From the sequence record MK327933.1: a DNA stretch of 64,000 nt; one strand, given 5' to 3'. The notes under the pieces are model-generated. The model did no database searches, was not told the origin of the DNA, and saw nothing but the letters and a program-made list of their open reading frames with translations. Shown here piece by piece: positions 9,733-19,421 of this stretch. Source of the DNA: Escherichia phage vB_EcoM_G2285. The position numbers and the translations under genes were made by a program. Each line of letters begins with the position of its first letter. The first letter of the stretch is position 1.

Positions 9733-11046
9733 TCAAATAAAATGGACGTCAAAACGACCACGAGTTGTGCCGACATATAGTAATTGTTTGGCTAATTCTG
9801 AATCGGCATAATGGATACACGGTGTATAAACAAAGGCCGTGTCAACAGACATACCCTGGGCCTTATGGAAGGTTGATACTGGTAATGCCTTCACCTTAGT
9901 GAACATACGTTTAGCATCCCAGAATTCGCTCCACGGGGCTTTACCACCTTTATTCCAGAATTTGTATGTTTCTGCGGTCTTAGCCAAAAACAAATTGAAT
10001 TTATAAAGCTCTTCTTCAGAAGAAATAACCTTTATATCCTCGCGGACGTATTCTTCATCATCCCCATATGTTTCTACTGTAAGATTCCAGTATCGTATCA
10101 TATATTCGCCTGAAACACCACGTGCTTTAACGAATGTAGACGTTTCTACAGCATCTCGAATACGAACGAATTGTCCGTTATTGAAAAGCATTTCAGTCAT
10201 ATTTTTGCCATCTAGCTTGTACGTCTTAGTAAACGGCTCTTGTAGAACAATGACTTCGTCTTTAATAAATGGTTTTTCTGTTTCAAGAAGTTTTCGGCGA
10301 ATAATTGAATTTAACTTGTCCACTGACTTATTTGTGAATGCCATCATTCGATTTTCGAAAAGGTCTTCAGGAGTTTTAACGACGTTAAAATAGTTCATCA
10401 TATACGATTTAAGGTCGGTATATCCGTGAACACCGTGTCCATCAACTACTTTATCGTAAATCCATTTGCCATTACGAATATCAGTCGCAACATCAATAAT
10501 TGGTGCATTGCTACGTTTAACTTCTGTAAGGTTGCATTGCACGAAGTCTTTGTGAGTGAAGAAAGGACTTAGATACGCAGTTGATTCGCCTGGGTCTACC
10601 GGACGAATCTGACATCGGTCGCCGATTCCAATTACTGTACACCATTTAGGGATACTAGCTAACATTATTTTAAAAAGAGAACGGTCGCACATTGACGCTT
10701 CATCAAATAACAGTACACGGCACAAGGCTAAGTCGGGAACCTTTTTCTGTTCAAACAATACGTTTTCTTCGTATGTAGTTGGGTTGATTTTAAGAATGCT
10801 ATGAATAGTCGATGCTTCTTGACCCGCAAGTTTGCTTAGAACCTTTTTAGCAGCATGTGTAGGGGCTGCTAAAATAATACCTGATTCTCCAGAAGAAATA
10901 AGGGCTTCAACGATGAATCTAGTAAGGGTTGTTTTACCTGTACCAGCAGGCCCATTAATAGTTACGTGTTGTTTCTTTTCTTTAATAGCGTTCATAACAA
11001 CGTTGAAGGCGTTTTTCTGGCCTTCAGTCAAATCATCAAATGTCAT
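9733..11046 (-). CDS. dda: Dda DNA helicase (SF1B)
   Basis: 437 aa; MTFDDLTEGQKNAFN..INGPAGTGKTT Walker A; near-colinear with recalled T4 Dda. Confidence 0.93.
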   Translation of the reverse strand: MTFDDLTEGQKNAFNVVMNAIKEKKQHVTINGPAGTGKTTLTRFIVEALISSGESGIILAAPTHAAKKVLSKLAGQEASTIHSILKINPTTYEENVLFEQKKVPDLALCRVLLFDEASMCDRSLFKIMLASIPKWCTVIGIGDRCQIRPVDPGESTAYLSPFFTHKDFVQCNLTEVKRSNAPIIDVATDIRNGKWIYDKVVDGHGVHGYTDLKSYMMNYFNVVKTPEDLFENRMMAFTNKSVDKLNSIIRRKLLETEKPFIKDEVIVLQEPFTKTYKLDGKNMTEMLFNNGQFVRIRDAVETSTFVKARGVSGEYMIRYWNLTVETYGDDEEYVREDIKVISSEEELYKFNLFLAKTAETYKFWNKGGKAPWSEFWDAKRMFTKVKALPVSTFHKAQGMSVDTAFVYTPCIHYADSELAKQLLYVGTTRGRFDVHFI

Positions 11047-11354
11047 CGTAAAGTCCCTGCAATTGGAATACTAACAATACGGCCTGTGTCCAGGATTCGT
11101 TGATACAATTTTTGCGTCTCCGCATCTAGTTTAACGTGTTTCATTTCAAGCTTATTAAACCAGAACTTACGCGGAGTTTCGACCATTCTTAGAACTCCCA
11201 TTTTTAAATCTGTTTTATACTGTGTTTTCAAAGTATCGAAAACTTTATCTGCAATATCCTTTCTAAAAAATACTGCAGGACGATGCTCATCAAGTGGAAC
11301 CGGGGCAGTAAATCCTTCCATATCTCGATAAACTATTGCATATACATAAACCAT
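11043..11354 (-). CDS. hypothetical protein (dda.1 position)
   Basis: 103 aa ORF overlapping dda start by 4 nt. Confidence 0.5.
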   Translation of the reverse strand: MVYVYAIVYRDMEGFTAPVPLDEHRPAVFFRKDIADKVFDTLKTQYKTDLKMGVLRMVETPRKFWFNKLEMKHVKLDAETQKLYQRILDTGRIVSIPIAGTLR

Positions 11355-11356
11355 AA

Positions 11357-12103
11357 TTAACCTTTAATCAGTTGGAATAATGATGCGCTAAGCGGTAAGC
11401 CACGTTTCAATTTTAATTTACCAATGAAACCAATCTTTTCAAAACGTTGCAGACCTTGGATAACTTTATCATATGTGTCGAAAAGCGATTCAGCGTCAGT
11501 TAATTTAGTTTTAGTTTTCCAGTCAGAGCCTTTAAGAAGAACGTTGAGTTTAGTAAGTTCATGGCCTTCTGCTTGATGTGAGCCATTAATGCGTGCTTTC
11601 AAAGCAACAATTCTAAGTTTAGATTCGTTAGATAAAGGTTGATTTTTCATCATGTTCGCCATATGCTTAACACGATTTTCACGTTTTGCTCGGATTTTTA
11701 AAATAGTACCATAAACATTTTTAATTTGAGCCCATTTCTTCTCGTCGAGATTAAGTTTCTCTACTTTACGGGCAGAAGGATTAGCGATACGTCTTGCAAT
11801 GGCATCACGTTTCTCAATAAGTTCTTCTAATGACAAATCAGAACGAGCCGTGTTATATTTTTTCTTAACTGGGATAACATTACCTTTAATGTAGCCGATA
11901 TCGTTATTAAAACGTTCTAAGGATAATTTCTCACCTTCAACAGAGTTATTAAAGGATTCACCTGAGTAAGCGCAGACCTTTTGATCAAGAATGTTTTTAA
12001 GGTAATTAAAGTCTAAGTTAAAATCCTTAGAGCGTCTCTTCGCAGAAGCTCTGGTGTGGTCAAGACGACGATTGATTTTGTTAATTTTATTATTTGATAA
12101 CAT
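11357..12103 (-). CDS. hypothetical protein, positional equivalent of T4 srd
   Basis: 248 aa basic protein between dda.1 and the ADP-ribosyltransferase gene; identity to Srd not verified. Confidence 0.4.
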   Translation of the reverse strand: MLSNNKINKINRRLDHTRASAKRRSKDFNLDFNYLKNILDQKVCAYSGESFNNSVEGEKLSLERFNNDIGYIKGNVIPVKKKYNTARSDLSLEELIEKRDAIARRIANPSARKVEKLNLDEKKWAQIKNVYGTILKIRAKRENRVKHMANMMKNQPLSNESKLRIVALKARINGSHQAEGHELTKLNVLLKGSDWKTKTKLTDAESLFDTYDKVIQGLQRFEKIGFIGKLKLKRGLPLSASLFQLIKG

Positions 12104-12255
12104 AATATTTTCCTCTGTCTTACGGACGTTAGGTCATTTAGCTGATAAGCTTATAATATCATGCCCTCAGGTAGTGTACACTCTTTTTTCATAAAATGCT
12201 TTAATTTTTTATGTGTTATAATGGTTCTGAGTTCCATCCGGTTATTCCAATTCAG

Positions 12256-12864
12256 TCAGTAACTGACAATAGACAGATTCCAGATTGTATAATTTCCATC
12301 TTGAATAATAGAATCTACACGCAGTGTAGTCCCTATAGGGAGCATAAATTCACATTCGTCAGATATAAGTCTAGCATTAGACCGTCTTGTCGCTTCAGGG
12401 AAAGCTCCATTGAACTCACAAGATGGCGCAGCCAGAATCATGTTAAGCATATGTTCACGGAAGTTGAAAGCAAATGGTGCATCTTTGATGCAGAACATAT
12501 TAAATGTTCCGTAAAAATTATACGAAGCAAAGTTACGTGCTACACCGAACACTGGACTGAAGCTCATTACTCTGTCAAATTTAATAATACTACCAATGCC
12601 TTTATCATCGAGTGTGGCCATAGTTTTCTTAGAGATTCCACGATACATTGTCTCAGGAACAGAAGACGACCAATTTCTACGAACAATTGCACTTAAATCT
12701 TGTTGGATGCTATCGGGCTTGTTTTCCATACACTGCCACAGTACACTTTGTTCAATGTCACTGAATTGCTCATCGATTTTGTACTGAAGCATATCTTGAT
12801 ATTCAGGGCATTGAGCACGACGAACCATTTCTTCAATTTCACACTCGTTATACGGCATAAACAT
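12256..12864 (-). CDS. ADP-ribosyltransferase (ModA/ModB-like, R-S-E class)
   Basis: 202 aa; YRG (Arg), SFS (STS-like) and ECEF (ExE-like) motifs in the expected order. Confidence 0.55.
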   Translation of the reverse strand: MFMPYNECEIEEMVRRAQCPEYQDMLQYKIDEQFSDIEQSVLWQCMENKPDSIQQDLSAIVRRNWSSSVPETMYRGISKKTMATLDDKGIGSIIKFDRVMSFSPVFGVARNFASYNFYGTFNMFCIKDAPFAFNFREHMLNMILAAPSCEFNGAFPEATRRSNARLISDECEFMLPIGTTLRVDSIIQDGNYTIWNLSIVSY

Positions 12865-12891
12865 TTAGGTTTCTCCTGTGGTTGATAAAAG

Positions 12892-12921
12892 TATAGTATC
12901 ATCGTCTGTAGAGTTTGTAAA
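12892..12921 (-). promoter_or_regulatory. early-type promoter (-35 GTTTAC, 18 bp, -10 TACTAT)
   Basis: minus GTTTAC-N18-TACTAT then ATCAACCACAGGAGAAACCTAAATG. Confidence 0.5.
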
Positions 12922-13274
12922 CTAAAAATTCAACATTTTTAAATGAATGATTTTGTATAATCGAGATAAAGGGGTCATATTCTAAGTCTTCAATTTCCAC
13001 AATCTCAAATCTAGAGATACCTGAGACCATGTACTCTTGTTCAAATTGACATGTCATGATAGAACCTCCATTTAAAGATAAGCCTATCATAACACGAGAG
13101 GAGGGAATGTAAACTACTTTTTAAGCTTTCCTACTAAAGGACCATCAGGACCAGGTTGTTCTAACATGAATAACGATGCTTTAAAAAGCAATGTCAACCC
13201 TTTCACCATTCGATACCATATCTCAAAGTCTTTTTCCTTGATTTCTAGTAAGAATTTCTCTTTAAATTTCTCTT

Positions 13275-13463
13275 TCATTTCCAAGGACTCCATGGTGGAG
13301 GGTCATCATAATAAGACGCTAGGTCTTTCAGGACTTCTAACGGTAAACTAAAGCCGTGTCGTTGTATAATACTATCTAGTTCATCAACAAGTTCACTACG
13401 ATGCACTTTAGGAGCCTCAACTTCAGGCTCGTCAAACATACTCATAAGGTCCATATTATTCAC
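13275..13463 (-). CDS. hypothetical small protein
   Basis: 62 aa ORF in tight minus-strand array. Confidence 0.4.
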   Translation of the reverse strand: MNNMDLMSMFDEPEVEAPKVHRSELVDELDSIIQRHGFSLPLEVLKDLASYYDDPPPWSPWK

Positions 13464-13920
13464 CTAAATAAAAACTAGGCTGCTCGGAGAATGTTTCTAG
13501 CGCTACACCTTTTGTCTTAAAAAATTTCCAAATAGCTCGTTGCAAATGGATTAAATCTGCTAATGATGTAATAAAGTATTTTTTGGCAAAATACTTATGG
13601 TCTCGCTTTTCAAACAAGTCTAAACGCTTTTCAGGATTCACATAAACGGCATTTTCCGTAGATTCATAACCTAAGTCCTTTATGCCTTCTTCAAGACTAA
13701 ACGGAGAATTTTTAGAATGAGTAATAGCTCCAACTCGCTCTACACGAATTTTGTAACCTTTAGGAATCTGCAATTTGCAGAATTCTTCTACGATATATTG
13801 CGGATTATTTAGACTTTTGTTAATGAGAATAGCTATTTCTAGTGGAGTCTTATCTTCTACTGGTATATGTTTAAATGACTTGGCTTCAAGCAAATACATT
13901 TTAAATAACATAGCATCCAT
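13456..13920 (-). CDS. hypothetical protein
   Basis: 154 aa ORF. Confidence 0.5.
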   Translation of the reverse strand: MDAMLFKMYLLEAKSFKHIPVEDKTPLEIAILINKSLNNPQYIVEEFCKLQIPKGYKIRVERVGAITHSKNSPFSLEEGIKDLGYESTENAVYVNPEKRLDLFEKRDHKYFAKKYFITSLADLIHLQRAIWKFFKTKGVALETFSEQPSFYLGE

Positions 13921-14126
13921 TATAATTTCCTCGATGGTTCACCCATATAAAGTTTTACAATACGTTCGCCTTCATCTTCGATGAGCTTTTCTTCATGTTT
14001 CTGGAATTCTTTAGCCATATTCTCTTCAAGAACATCCAGCCAATCTTCTGGACCGACACCATCATTCAAGCTTTTAAACCATTTTACTATTCTGTTCATT
14101 CGCAGCTCCCTGAGCTTGAACCACAA
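13920..14126 (-). CDS. hypothetical small protein
   Basis: 68 aa ORF, start overlaps downstream gene. Confidence 0.4.
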   Translation of the reverse strand: MWFKLRELRMNRIVKWFKSLNDGVGPEDWLDVLEENMAKEFQKHEEKLIEDEGERIVKLYMGEPSRKL

Positions 14127-14419
14127 TCAGAATAACTTGACCCAGAATCACCAGGCCAAGACGATACGTATGAATGATTATAACTTGAAGAGCTTGAAGC
14201 ATTCGCCTGGTTTGTTTTTAGACGAACAACTTCTTCCATCATTCCATCACCAATATATTCCCAACTTTTTTCATGTGTATCAGGAATAGGCATCATCCCT
14301 TCGCCTGGATTAACAGCAAACAACTTCTTCAGCATCGTAAGCATTAATTGTTCCTCGAACAAAACGAACACCACCATCATCCCAACGGATTTCGGCATTA
14401 AATTTGACGTCTTCACCAT
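14096..14419 (-). CDS. hypothetical protein (true start probably internal)
   Basis: 107 aa track ORF overlaps next ORF by 110 nt; Ser-rich C-terminus. Confidence 0.3.
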   Translation of the reverse strand: MVKTSNLMPKSVGMMVVFVLFEEQLMLTMLKKLFAVNPGEGMMPIPDTHEKSWEYIGDGMMEEVVRLKTNQANASSSSSYNHSYVSSWPGDSGSSYSDCGSSSGSCE

Positions 14420-14537
14420 CCATCATGAATGAGTGTACGACTACGTCATCATAATATCCAAGACCGTATTTCAACGAAACTTCTTGTGCAATCAAAGCGC
14501 CTAATGTGTTATTAGGTTTAATCCAACGATTTAACAT
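14310..14537 (-). CDS. hypothetical small protein
   Basis: 75 aa ORF. Confidence 0.4.
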   Translation of the reverse strand: MLNRWIKPNNTLGALIAQEVSLKYGLGYYDDVVVHSFMMDGEDVKFNAEIRWDDGGVRFVRGTINAYDAEEVVCC

Positions 14538-14600
14538 AATGTTCTCCTCTTGAGTAAGTAAGAATATCTTAACATAGTTTTTAGTGGATGTAAACTCTAG

Positions 14601-14630
14601 AAACGAAAAAAGGAATCCCGAAGGATTCCT
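14601..14630 (-). terminator. rho-independent terminator after soc
   Basis: minus AGGAATCC-TTCG-GGATTCCT followed by TTTTTCGTTT. Confidence 0.65.
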
Positions 14631-14638
14631 TAAATTAT

Positions 14639-14875
14639 TTAACCACTTACCGGTGTAGGGGTAAACATTGCAGCGTTCTTAGTTTTCCAGTCGGCGGCAT
14701 CAGTTACTACAGTAGTGTAAGCAGCTTTTTCAGATGGGAAAGTCTGATAATGAGCATCAGCAATCCGATGTTCGTTTGAATAAATCTCAAACGGTACAGA
14801 AACTTCCATACCTTTAACTTCTTTACCTTCACCCGCAGGATGCGTAAAGGTTTTGATGTTTACATAACCACCCAT
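14639..14875 (-). CDS. soc: small outer capsid protein
   Basis: 78 aa; GYVNIKTF..AHYQTFPSEKAAY matches recalled T4 Soc. Confidence 0.88.
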   Translation of the reverse strand: MGGYVNIKTFTHPAGEGKEVKGMEVSVPFEIYSNEHRIADAHYQTFPSEKAAYTTVVTDAADWKTKNAAMFTPTPVSG

Positions 14876-14906
14876 AATTAACTCCTTTGTTGTTTAATTA
14901 CAGGTG

Positions 14907-14914
14907 TATTTATA
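14907..14914 (-). promoter_or_regulatory. T4-type late promoter TATAAATA
   Basis: plus-strand tatttata about 35 nt upstream of soc start. Confidence 0.5.
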
Positions 14915-14920
14915 ACTTAA

Positions 14921-15442
14921 TCAGTAACCATTATCCTGGCGTTCAAAGTTGTGTTGGTTTTTCAAGTAATACAGTTTAAAGATTTCTTCAGCAGAAAGAC
15001 CTAGACCTTGGAACATATTCAGAACAAAGTGGAGGATATCAATCATCTCGAATTTAATTTCAAGCTGGTCTTCAGGGGACAGTTCATCGATACGACGATT
15101 ACGATATTCAGCATGTTGTGCTTTCCATGGCTTCCATACAGAGCTAGCGGCTTTTTCACCATTGCTCATACCACCAAGTGAAGTCAGCAGTTCACGGAAT
15201 TCATCATCAATATAATCTTTCTGATTACGCAACCAATCAACAACATCACCAGCAGTGGCCAATTCATCAGGATGTTTGTTATGTTCAGGCTTGTCATTTG
15301 CCAGACGAACCTGTAAAGATTTCTGCATATCAAGCATTACCTGCAGTGGGTCTTTATCTTCGTGAATCAGAGCATTAAAATAAGCTTCTTCTGCTTTATC
15401 AACACCAGAAATAAGTTGTGAACATTCGTTAAAGTGCGCCAT
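14921..15442 (-). CDS. 56: dCTP pyrophosphatase (dCTPase/dUTPase, MazG-like)
   Basis: MAHFNECSQ.. and C-terminal LYYLKNQHNFERQDNGY resemble T4 gp56. Confidence 0.8.
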   Translation of the reverse strand: MAHFNECSQLISGVDKAEEAYFNALIHEDKDPLQVMLDMQKSLQVRLANDKPEHNKHPDELATAGDVVDWLRNQKDYIDDEFRELLTSLGGMSNGEKAASSVWKPWKAQHAEYRNRRIDELSPEDQLEIKFEMIDILHFVLNMFQGLGLSAEEIFKLYYLKNQHNFERQDNGY

Positions 15443-15531
15443 TATTTTTCCTTTCAATTCAGTATAAGAGAGTTAATTCTAACATTAATTTTATAAAGCG
15501 TAATAAATAATAAGGTAACTAAGGAGATATT

Positions 15532-15729
15532 ATGTTTAAACTTCCATCGTTAATCAACGCTATTAAAGGCAATAAAAAGAAAACTGCTATCGCTGCAATA
15601 GTTGTAGGTGGCATTATTTCATGGAACTTCGGGATTGCACCATTGTTAGTTGCCCATGGTGTTATGGTTCCTTCTGTTCCATTGGATACTGTAGTTGACC
15701 TAGCTTTTGCTGTTATAGGGCTGGTCTAA
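15532..15729 (+). CDS. small hydrophobic membrane protein
   Basis: 65 aa plus-strand ORF with strong SD AAGGAGATATTATG; two hydrophobic segments. Confidence 0.45.
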   Translation: MFKLPSLINAIKGNKKKTAIAAIVVGGIISWNFGIAPLLVAHGVMVPSVPLDTVVDLAFAVIGLV

Positions 15730-16748
15730 ATTTTAGAATACTGAGATAATCTCATTTTAGCATGCAACCCACTTGAAATATTCTGTTTCATATATTCTAA
15801 AATTTCTTGTGGTGTTGCATTTTCTTTCATTACCATATCATTCACATCCTTTGATCTCCATGGAGCTCTATCCCAGAACATGACACGTTCGCCTGCATCA
15901 ACTAATCGCTTCATGCGAGCTATAGTATCCGGATGCCTAGGTTCATTATCCATTACCCATACCCGACGTTCTTTAAATGGTACCACATCTAAATCTATTG
16001 AGCCGCCTGTAATAGCGATTGCATTGGGTATGAATAAACTATCAATAGGGCCTTCCATTACCCAGACGTCTCCTTCCTTAACACGTTCAACACCATAAAT
16101 TTTTGTTGCAGACTCAAACGCTTTAATAGTGATATATTTCTGAGGAGCATCTTTACGAAGTGCACGTCCTTGGAATGACTCGGCCTTCCCGTCTTTATTA
16201 AAAATAGGAATCACTAAACGTGGTTCGGGAATCTCTTTCTTATACGTACCAGGTTGAATCTTGTTGACCAATTTGGGCCATTCTAATGTGAACCATAATC
16301 TGTTCCATGATTCTTTAGGAATGCATCGAGACTTAACATATTTCACAATAGGATGCTCTTCAGGCAGCTTGTCCAGACGAGAACAAGACGGCAAAGAATT
16401 TATAGTCTTTTTCTCTGGCTCCGGCTTGGCTTCAGGAACCTTTTCAATCTTTGGTTCCATTCTAGCTTTTTCTTTACGAACTTCCATTAGATATTCGCGA
16501 TAAAGCTCTTCATCATACTCTTTTAAGTATCCGGAAATTGTATTGTGGTATTGACAGTTATAGCAATGTACATTGCCAGGAGTACCGCCATAATACCATC
16601 CACGAGCTTTCATTGCATCTGTCTGGGAGTCGCCACAAACTGGACATCGAAATGTTAATTTAAATGTGCTTGAATTATTGATTTGTCTAAAACGAGGTAG
16701 GTGAGAAAACGCACGATAAGCAAATTCATTATCTATCCATTCAGCCAT
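15726..16748 (-). CDS. 61: DNA primase
   Basis: 340 aa; zinc ribbon CPVCGDS..CYNC and colinearity with recalled T4 gp61. Confidence 0.93.
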   Translation of the reverse strand: MAEWIDNEFAYRAFSHLPRFRQINNSSTFKLTFRCPVCGDSQTDAMKARGWYYGGTPGNVHCYNCQYHNTISGYLKEYDEELYREYLMEVRKEKARMEPKIEKVPEAKPEPEKKTINSLPSCSRLDKLPEEHPIVKYVKSRCIPKESWNRLWFTLEWPKLVNKIQPGTYKKEIPEPRLVIPIFNKDGKAESFQGRALRKDAPQKYITIKAFESATKIYGVERVKEGDVWVMEGPIDSLFIPNAIAITGGSIDLDVVPFKERRVWVMDNEPRHPDTIARMKRLVDAGERVMFWDRAPWRSKDVNDMVMKENATPQEILEYMKQNISSGLHAKMRLSQYSKI

Positions 16749-16787
16749 AGTATTCTCCAGAGGCCTTAAATTAATAAGGCCATCTTA

Positions 16788-17282
16788 TCACAACTTATTA
16801 ATATTTACTTTAATTCGCTTTCTTTTCTTGGAAGGAATTTGTTCTGGACCTTTATTTACAATTGCACCCGTAGTAGTTCCTGATGCAATAGCTTGAGGAC
16901 TGCCGTCTGAATCACCAGCAACCATATCCTCAAATAAAGGGAGTTCTTTAAATATTTCTTTCTGTTGTTCTTCCGTAATGTTATAGCGTGAAGCTACAGC
17001 ACTCCAGGCAGACATCATTGAGGCCATTCCATTAAGACCTGGAACAGTGCTCATCATTCGCTTCATTGAACGAACTGAAGCATGAAAAGGTGTATACGCA
17101 GCTTTCTCTTCGGGAGTAGAAGGACGTTTAAGAACACTCCCACGTTCATCGATGATTTTGGCTTCATACGCTTTCCATTCGGTAAAAGGTTTTTGCATTA
17201 GTCGAATAAACTTATATGCGTAAACAGAATCTATTGCAGTGTTAATAATACCCATAGGTACCTCCTGAGTATATTTAATCAA
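16788..17282 (-). CDS. hypothetical protein (61.1 position)
   Basis: 164 aa ORF. Confidence 0.5.
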   Translation of the reverse strand: MIKYTQEVPMGIINTAIDSVYAYKFIRLMQKPFTEWKAYEAKIIDERGSVLKRPSTPEEKAAYTPFHASVRSMKRMMSTVPGLNGMASMMSAWSAVASRYNITEEQQKEIFKELPLFEDMVAGDSDGSPQAIASGTTTGAIVNKGPEQIPSKKRKRIKVNINKL

Positions 17283-17472
17283 TTACAAAGATTGCTTTGT
17301 CACCATTTATATCTGTGACTTCATATGTAGTGCCTTCATACTGTGGAATATTCCAAATTACACCATCATTAGCTTTTACGCTAATATGGTATTGGTGTTT
17401 TGAAACAACTTCATAATCTTCAAAACTTGTAAAAACACTAATTTTAGAACCAGTGCAAATTGCAGTAGTCAT
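17275..17472 (-). CDS. hypothetical small protein
   Basis: 65 aa ORF. Confidence 0.45.
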   Translation of the reverse strand: MTTAICTGSKISVFTSFEDYEVVSKHQYHISVKANDGVIWNIPQYEGTTYEVTDINGDKAIFVID

Positions 17473-17473
17473 T

Positions 17474-18133
17474 TTAACCTCGATTCATAAATGCATTAAA
17501 TATTTGGTCATCAACAGAAATTTCTAATTCAACTTCAATTGCTTCAGCCTTTTCTTCAGGTGGTAATTCGTATCCACACACTACAATTTTTTCATCGATA
17601 TCAAAATATACAGAAGCAATACGATTAATGTTATTTTCAGTTAAGTCTAAATCAACATCAACATCTTTTTGACCTACACTTAAAGGATAACTAATACGGG
17701 TTATTTTATTATCTTTAACAAAGAGTCCACCAACATACTCTGTACTACGTTTGAAGTTTACACGTTTCCGAAATGAAAGATATGATGCATCTTTACCATG
17801 AGCCCTGCTCATAGGACATAATGAATAACTAGAATAAGAGATGTCAAATCCTACACCTTCAATATGAGCCAACGTGTCATGATTAAACCAATTATAATCA
17901 TATGCCAAATCCATTATATTGTAATATGTGAAAGGCACAGGATTAACATCATATGTTGTACCTTTAAAATCTGCCCAGGCAACGATTTCGTTATCTTTAA
18001 CAATTACAAAAATTACACCGAGATGGTATCCGTTATTATTTTCATTCGGCGTTATATTATAACATTGTGCATTAGGAAATTTACCATATTTAAATGGCGC
18101 ATTTTTGTGCATATAATAAATCATATTATTCAC
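17474..18133 (-). CDS. hypothetical protein
   Basis: 219 aa ORF. Confidence 0.5.
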   Translation of the reverse strand: MNNMIYYMHKNAPFKYGKFPNAQCYNITPNENNNGYHLGVIFVIVKDNEIVAWADFKGTTYDVNPVPFTYYNIMDLAYDYNWFNHDTLAHIEGVGFDISYSSYSLCPMSRAHGKDASYLSFRKRVNFKRSTEYVGGLFVKDNKITRISYPLSVGQKDVDVDLDLTENNINRIASVYFDIDEKIVVCGYELPPEEKAEAIEVELEISVDDQIFNAFMNRG

Positions 18134-18419
18134 CTGTGATTTCGGTTACGATATCTTTGTTATCGAAATTAGGGTCACAATACAAAACATAGTTGTACTG
18201 CATGATACCGCCAGACTTAAGTTGTTCAACAACTTTATTAACCATATTAGGACGGTCTCGTTTAGTGATGTTCATGATATCAGAGAAGATTTGTTGTTCA
18301 ACATCTTCTTGATTTGCAGTCATTGACCACTCACAGAGGTCTTTATCATAACCTGCCGTAACTGGAGCTGGTGCACATGATACTGCAAGTAAGATTGCTG
18401 CCAATGATAACTTTTTCAT
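18126..18419 (-). CDS. sp: Spackle periplasmic protein (lysozyme inhibitor, superinfection exclusion)
   Basis: 97 aa; signal peptide, GYDKDLCEWSMTA..GGIMQYNYVLYCD matches recalled T4 Sp. Confidence 0.85.
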   Translation of the reverse strand: MKKLSLAAILLAVSCAPAPVTAGYDKDLCEWSMTANQEDVEQQIFSDIMNITKRDRPNMVNKVVEQLKSGGIMQYNYVLYCDPNFDNKDIVTEITGE

Positions 18420-18448
18420 TTTAACTCCTTAGTTGATTTGATAGGACT

Positions 18449-18478
18449 ACTATACTATAGTCCATCTATAATGTAAAC
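18449..18478 (-). promoter_or_regulatory. early-type promoter (-35 GTTTAC, -10 TATAGT in palindrome GGACTA..TAGTCC)
   Basis: minus GTTTAC-N18-TATAGT then CAAATCAACTAAGGAGTTAAAATG. Confidence 0.5.
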
Positions 18479-18482
18479 AAGT

Positions 18483-18731
18483 TTATTCTTTTTCGCGAAT
18501 AATAATTACTTGTTGAGGCTGCTGAGCAGATTTCTTTTCGGCAACGATAGACCAAATTAAAGTTCCAATCCAACCAATCATCGTCCAGTTAAAGAGTAAA
18601 GATACAAAGAAGATTGCTGTTGTGCTTTTTGTGCCACGAATAAGTGTTATTACCCAAGGCAACATGTAAATGATGATTGAACCAATACCTGCGATTAAAA
18701 CTGCTACTGAACTAGCTACGAATAATTCCAT
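18483..18731 (-). CDS. superinfection-immunity-family membrane protein (Imm-like)
   Basis: 82 aa, two TM segments, PWVITLIRG..NWTMIGWIGTLIWSI pattern typical of Imm family. Confidence 0.5.
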   Translation of the reverse strand: MELFVASSVAVLIAGIGSIIIYMLPWVITLIRGTKSTTAIFFVSLLFNWTMIGWIGTLIWSIVAEKKSAQQPQQVIIIREKE

Positions 18732-18792
18732 GTTAATTTCCTCTTGATTTGTTATGTTTATAGTATCTTGTTTTAACTTTGGTGTAAACCAA

Positions 18793-19161
18793 TTAATTAA
18801 ATTTGTTTAAACGTTCAATACACTGGACGTAGTTATTCGCGATTTGTTTCTGGGTAGGCTCTTTACCAGTTGTTTCAACATAGCGAATGAATGCGATTTC
18901 AGTAGCCCGTAAGCAATGTTCTTTAACGCGTTGTTCTTTTGACAATGCTACAGTATCAGAGTCACGATAACGTTGAGCACGGGCATCAGCTTGAATCATT
19001 CGATTACCTACAGTAACCGGGTCTTCCACTTCAACTTTAGGTTGTTCATATTGTTTAACATTCGGATTGTAAATCAGTTGGCCAACATTATTAGGGATAA
19101 AGCCATGAGCACCACATCCGGTTAATCCAAATACCATTGCTAAAGCGATTAATTTTTTCAT
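18793..19161 (-). CDS. lipoprotein
   Basis: 122 aa; signal peptide with lipobox LTGC. Confidence 0.6.
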   Translation of the reverse strand: MKKLIALAMVFGLTGCGAHGFIPNNVGQLIYNPNVKQYEQPKVEVEDPVTVGNRMIQADARAQRYRDSDTVALSKEQRVKEHCLRATEIAFIRYVETTGKEPTQKQIANNYVQCIERLNKFN

Positions 19162-19232
19162 TTCAATTTCCTCTGTAGTTGATAGAAAGATAGTAACACA
19201 GTATGTGGGGCTTGTAAACAGTTATTTTAAAA

Positions 19233-19421
19233 TTATCGAAAATCTGCTTCGAAAACTTTCTCGTCATTAATAAATGCTTTAACTAATGCATTGTTCACTT
19301 CAGCAAGTTGTACCGTAACCCACTCGATTTCTTCGCGATCACCTGATAACATGATATCTTTAGTGAACATCTCACCGCTTTTAAACCAACCGATAAAAGT
19401 AACTTTAGTTAATTTGCTCAT
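19233..19421 (-). CDS. dmd: Dmd antitoxin (discriminator of mRNA degradation)
   Basis: MSKLTKVTFIGWFK..MFTKDI..YAEVNNALVKAFINDEKV matches recalled T4 Dmd; start set at internal ATG. Confidence 0.82.
   Translation of the reverse strand: MSKLTKVTFIGWFKSGEMFTKDIMLSGDREEIEWVTVQLAEVNNALVKAFINDEKVFEADFR

Noticed and set aside
12211-12696. Plus-strand 161 aa ORF and other plus-strand ORFs in the track (e.g. 788-1165, 3828-4136, 13981-14289, 32384-32824, 39916-40407, 50802-51155)
   Set aside because: They lie antisense within well-supported minus-strand genes, lack SD sequences and have low-complexity translations; treated as chance frames.
12899-13090. 63 aa minus-strand ORF upstream of the ADP-ribosyltransferase gene
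   Set aside because: Its 3' end runs through the promoter -10/-35 of the downstream gene; more likely non-coding regulatory DNA.
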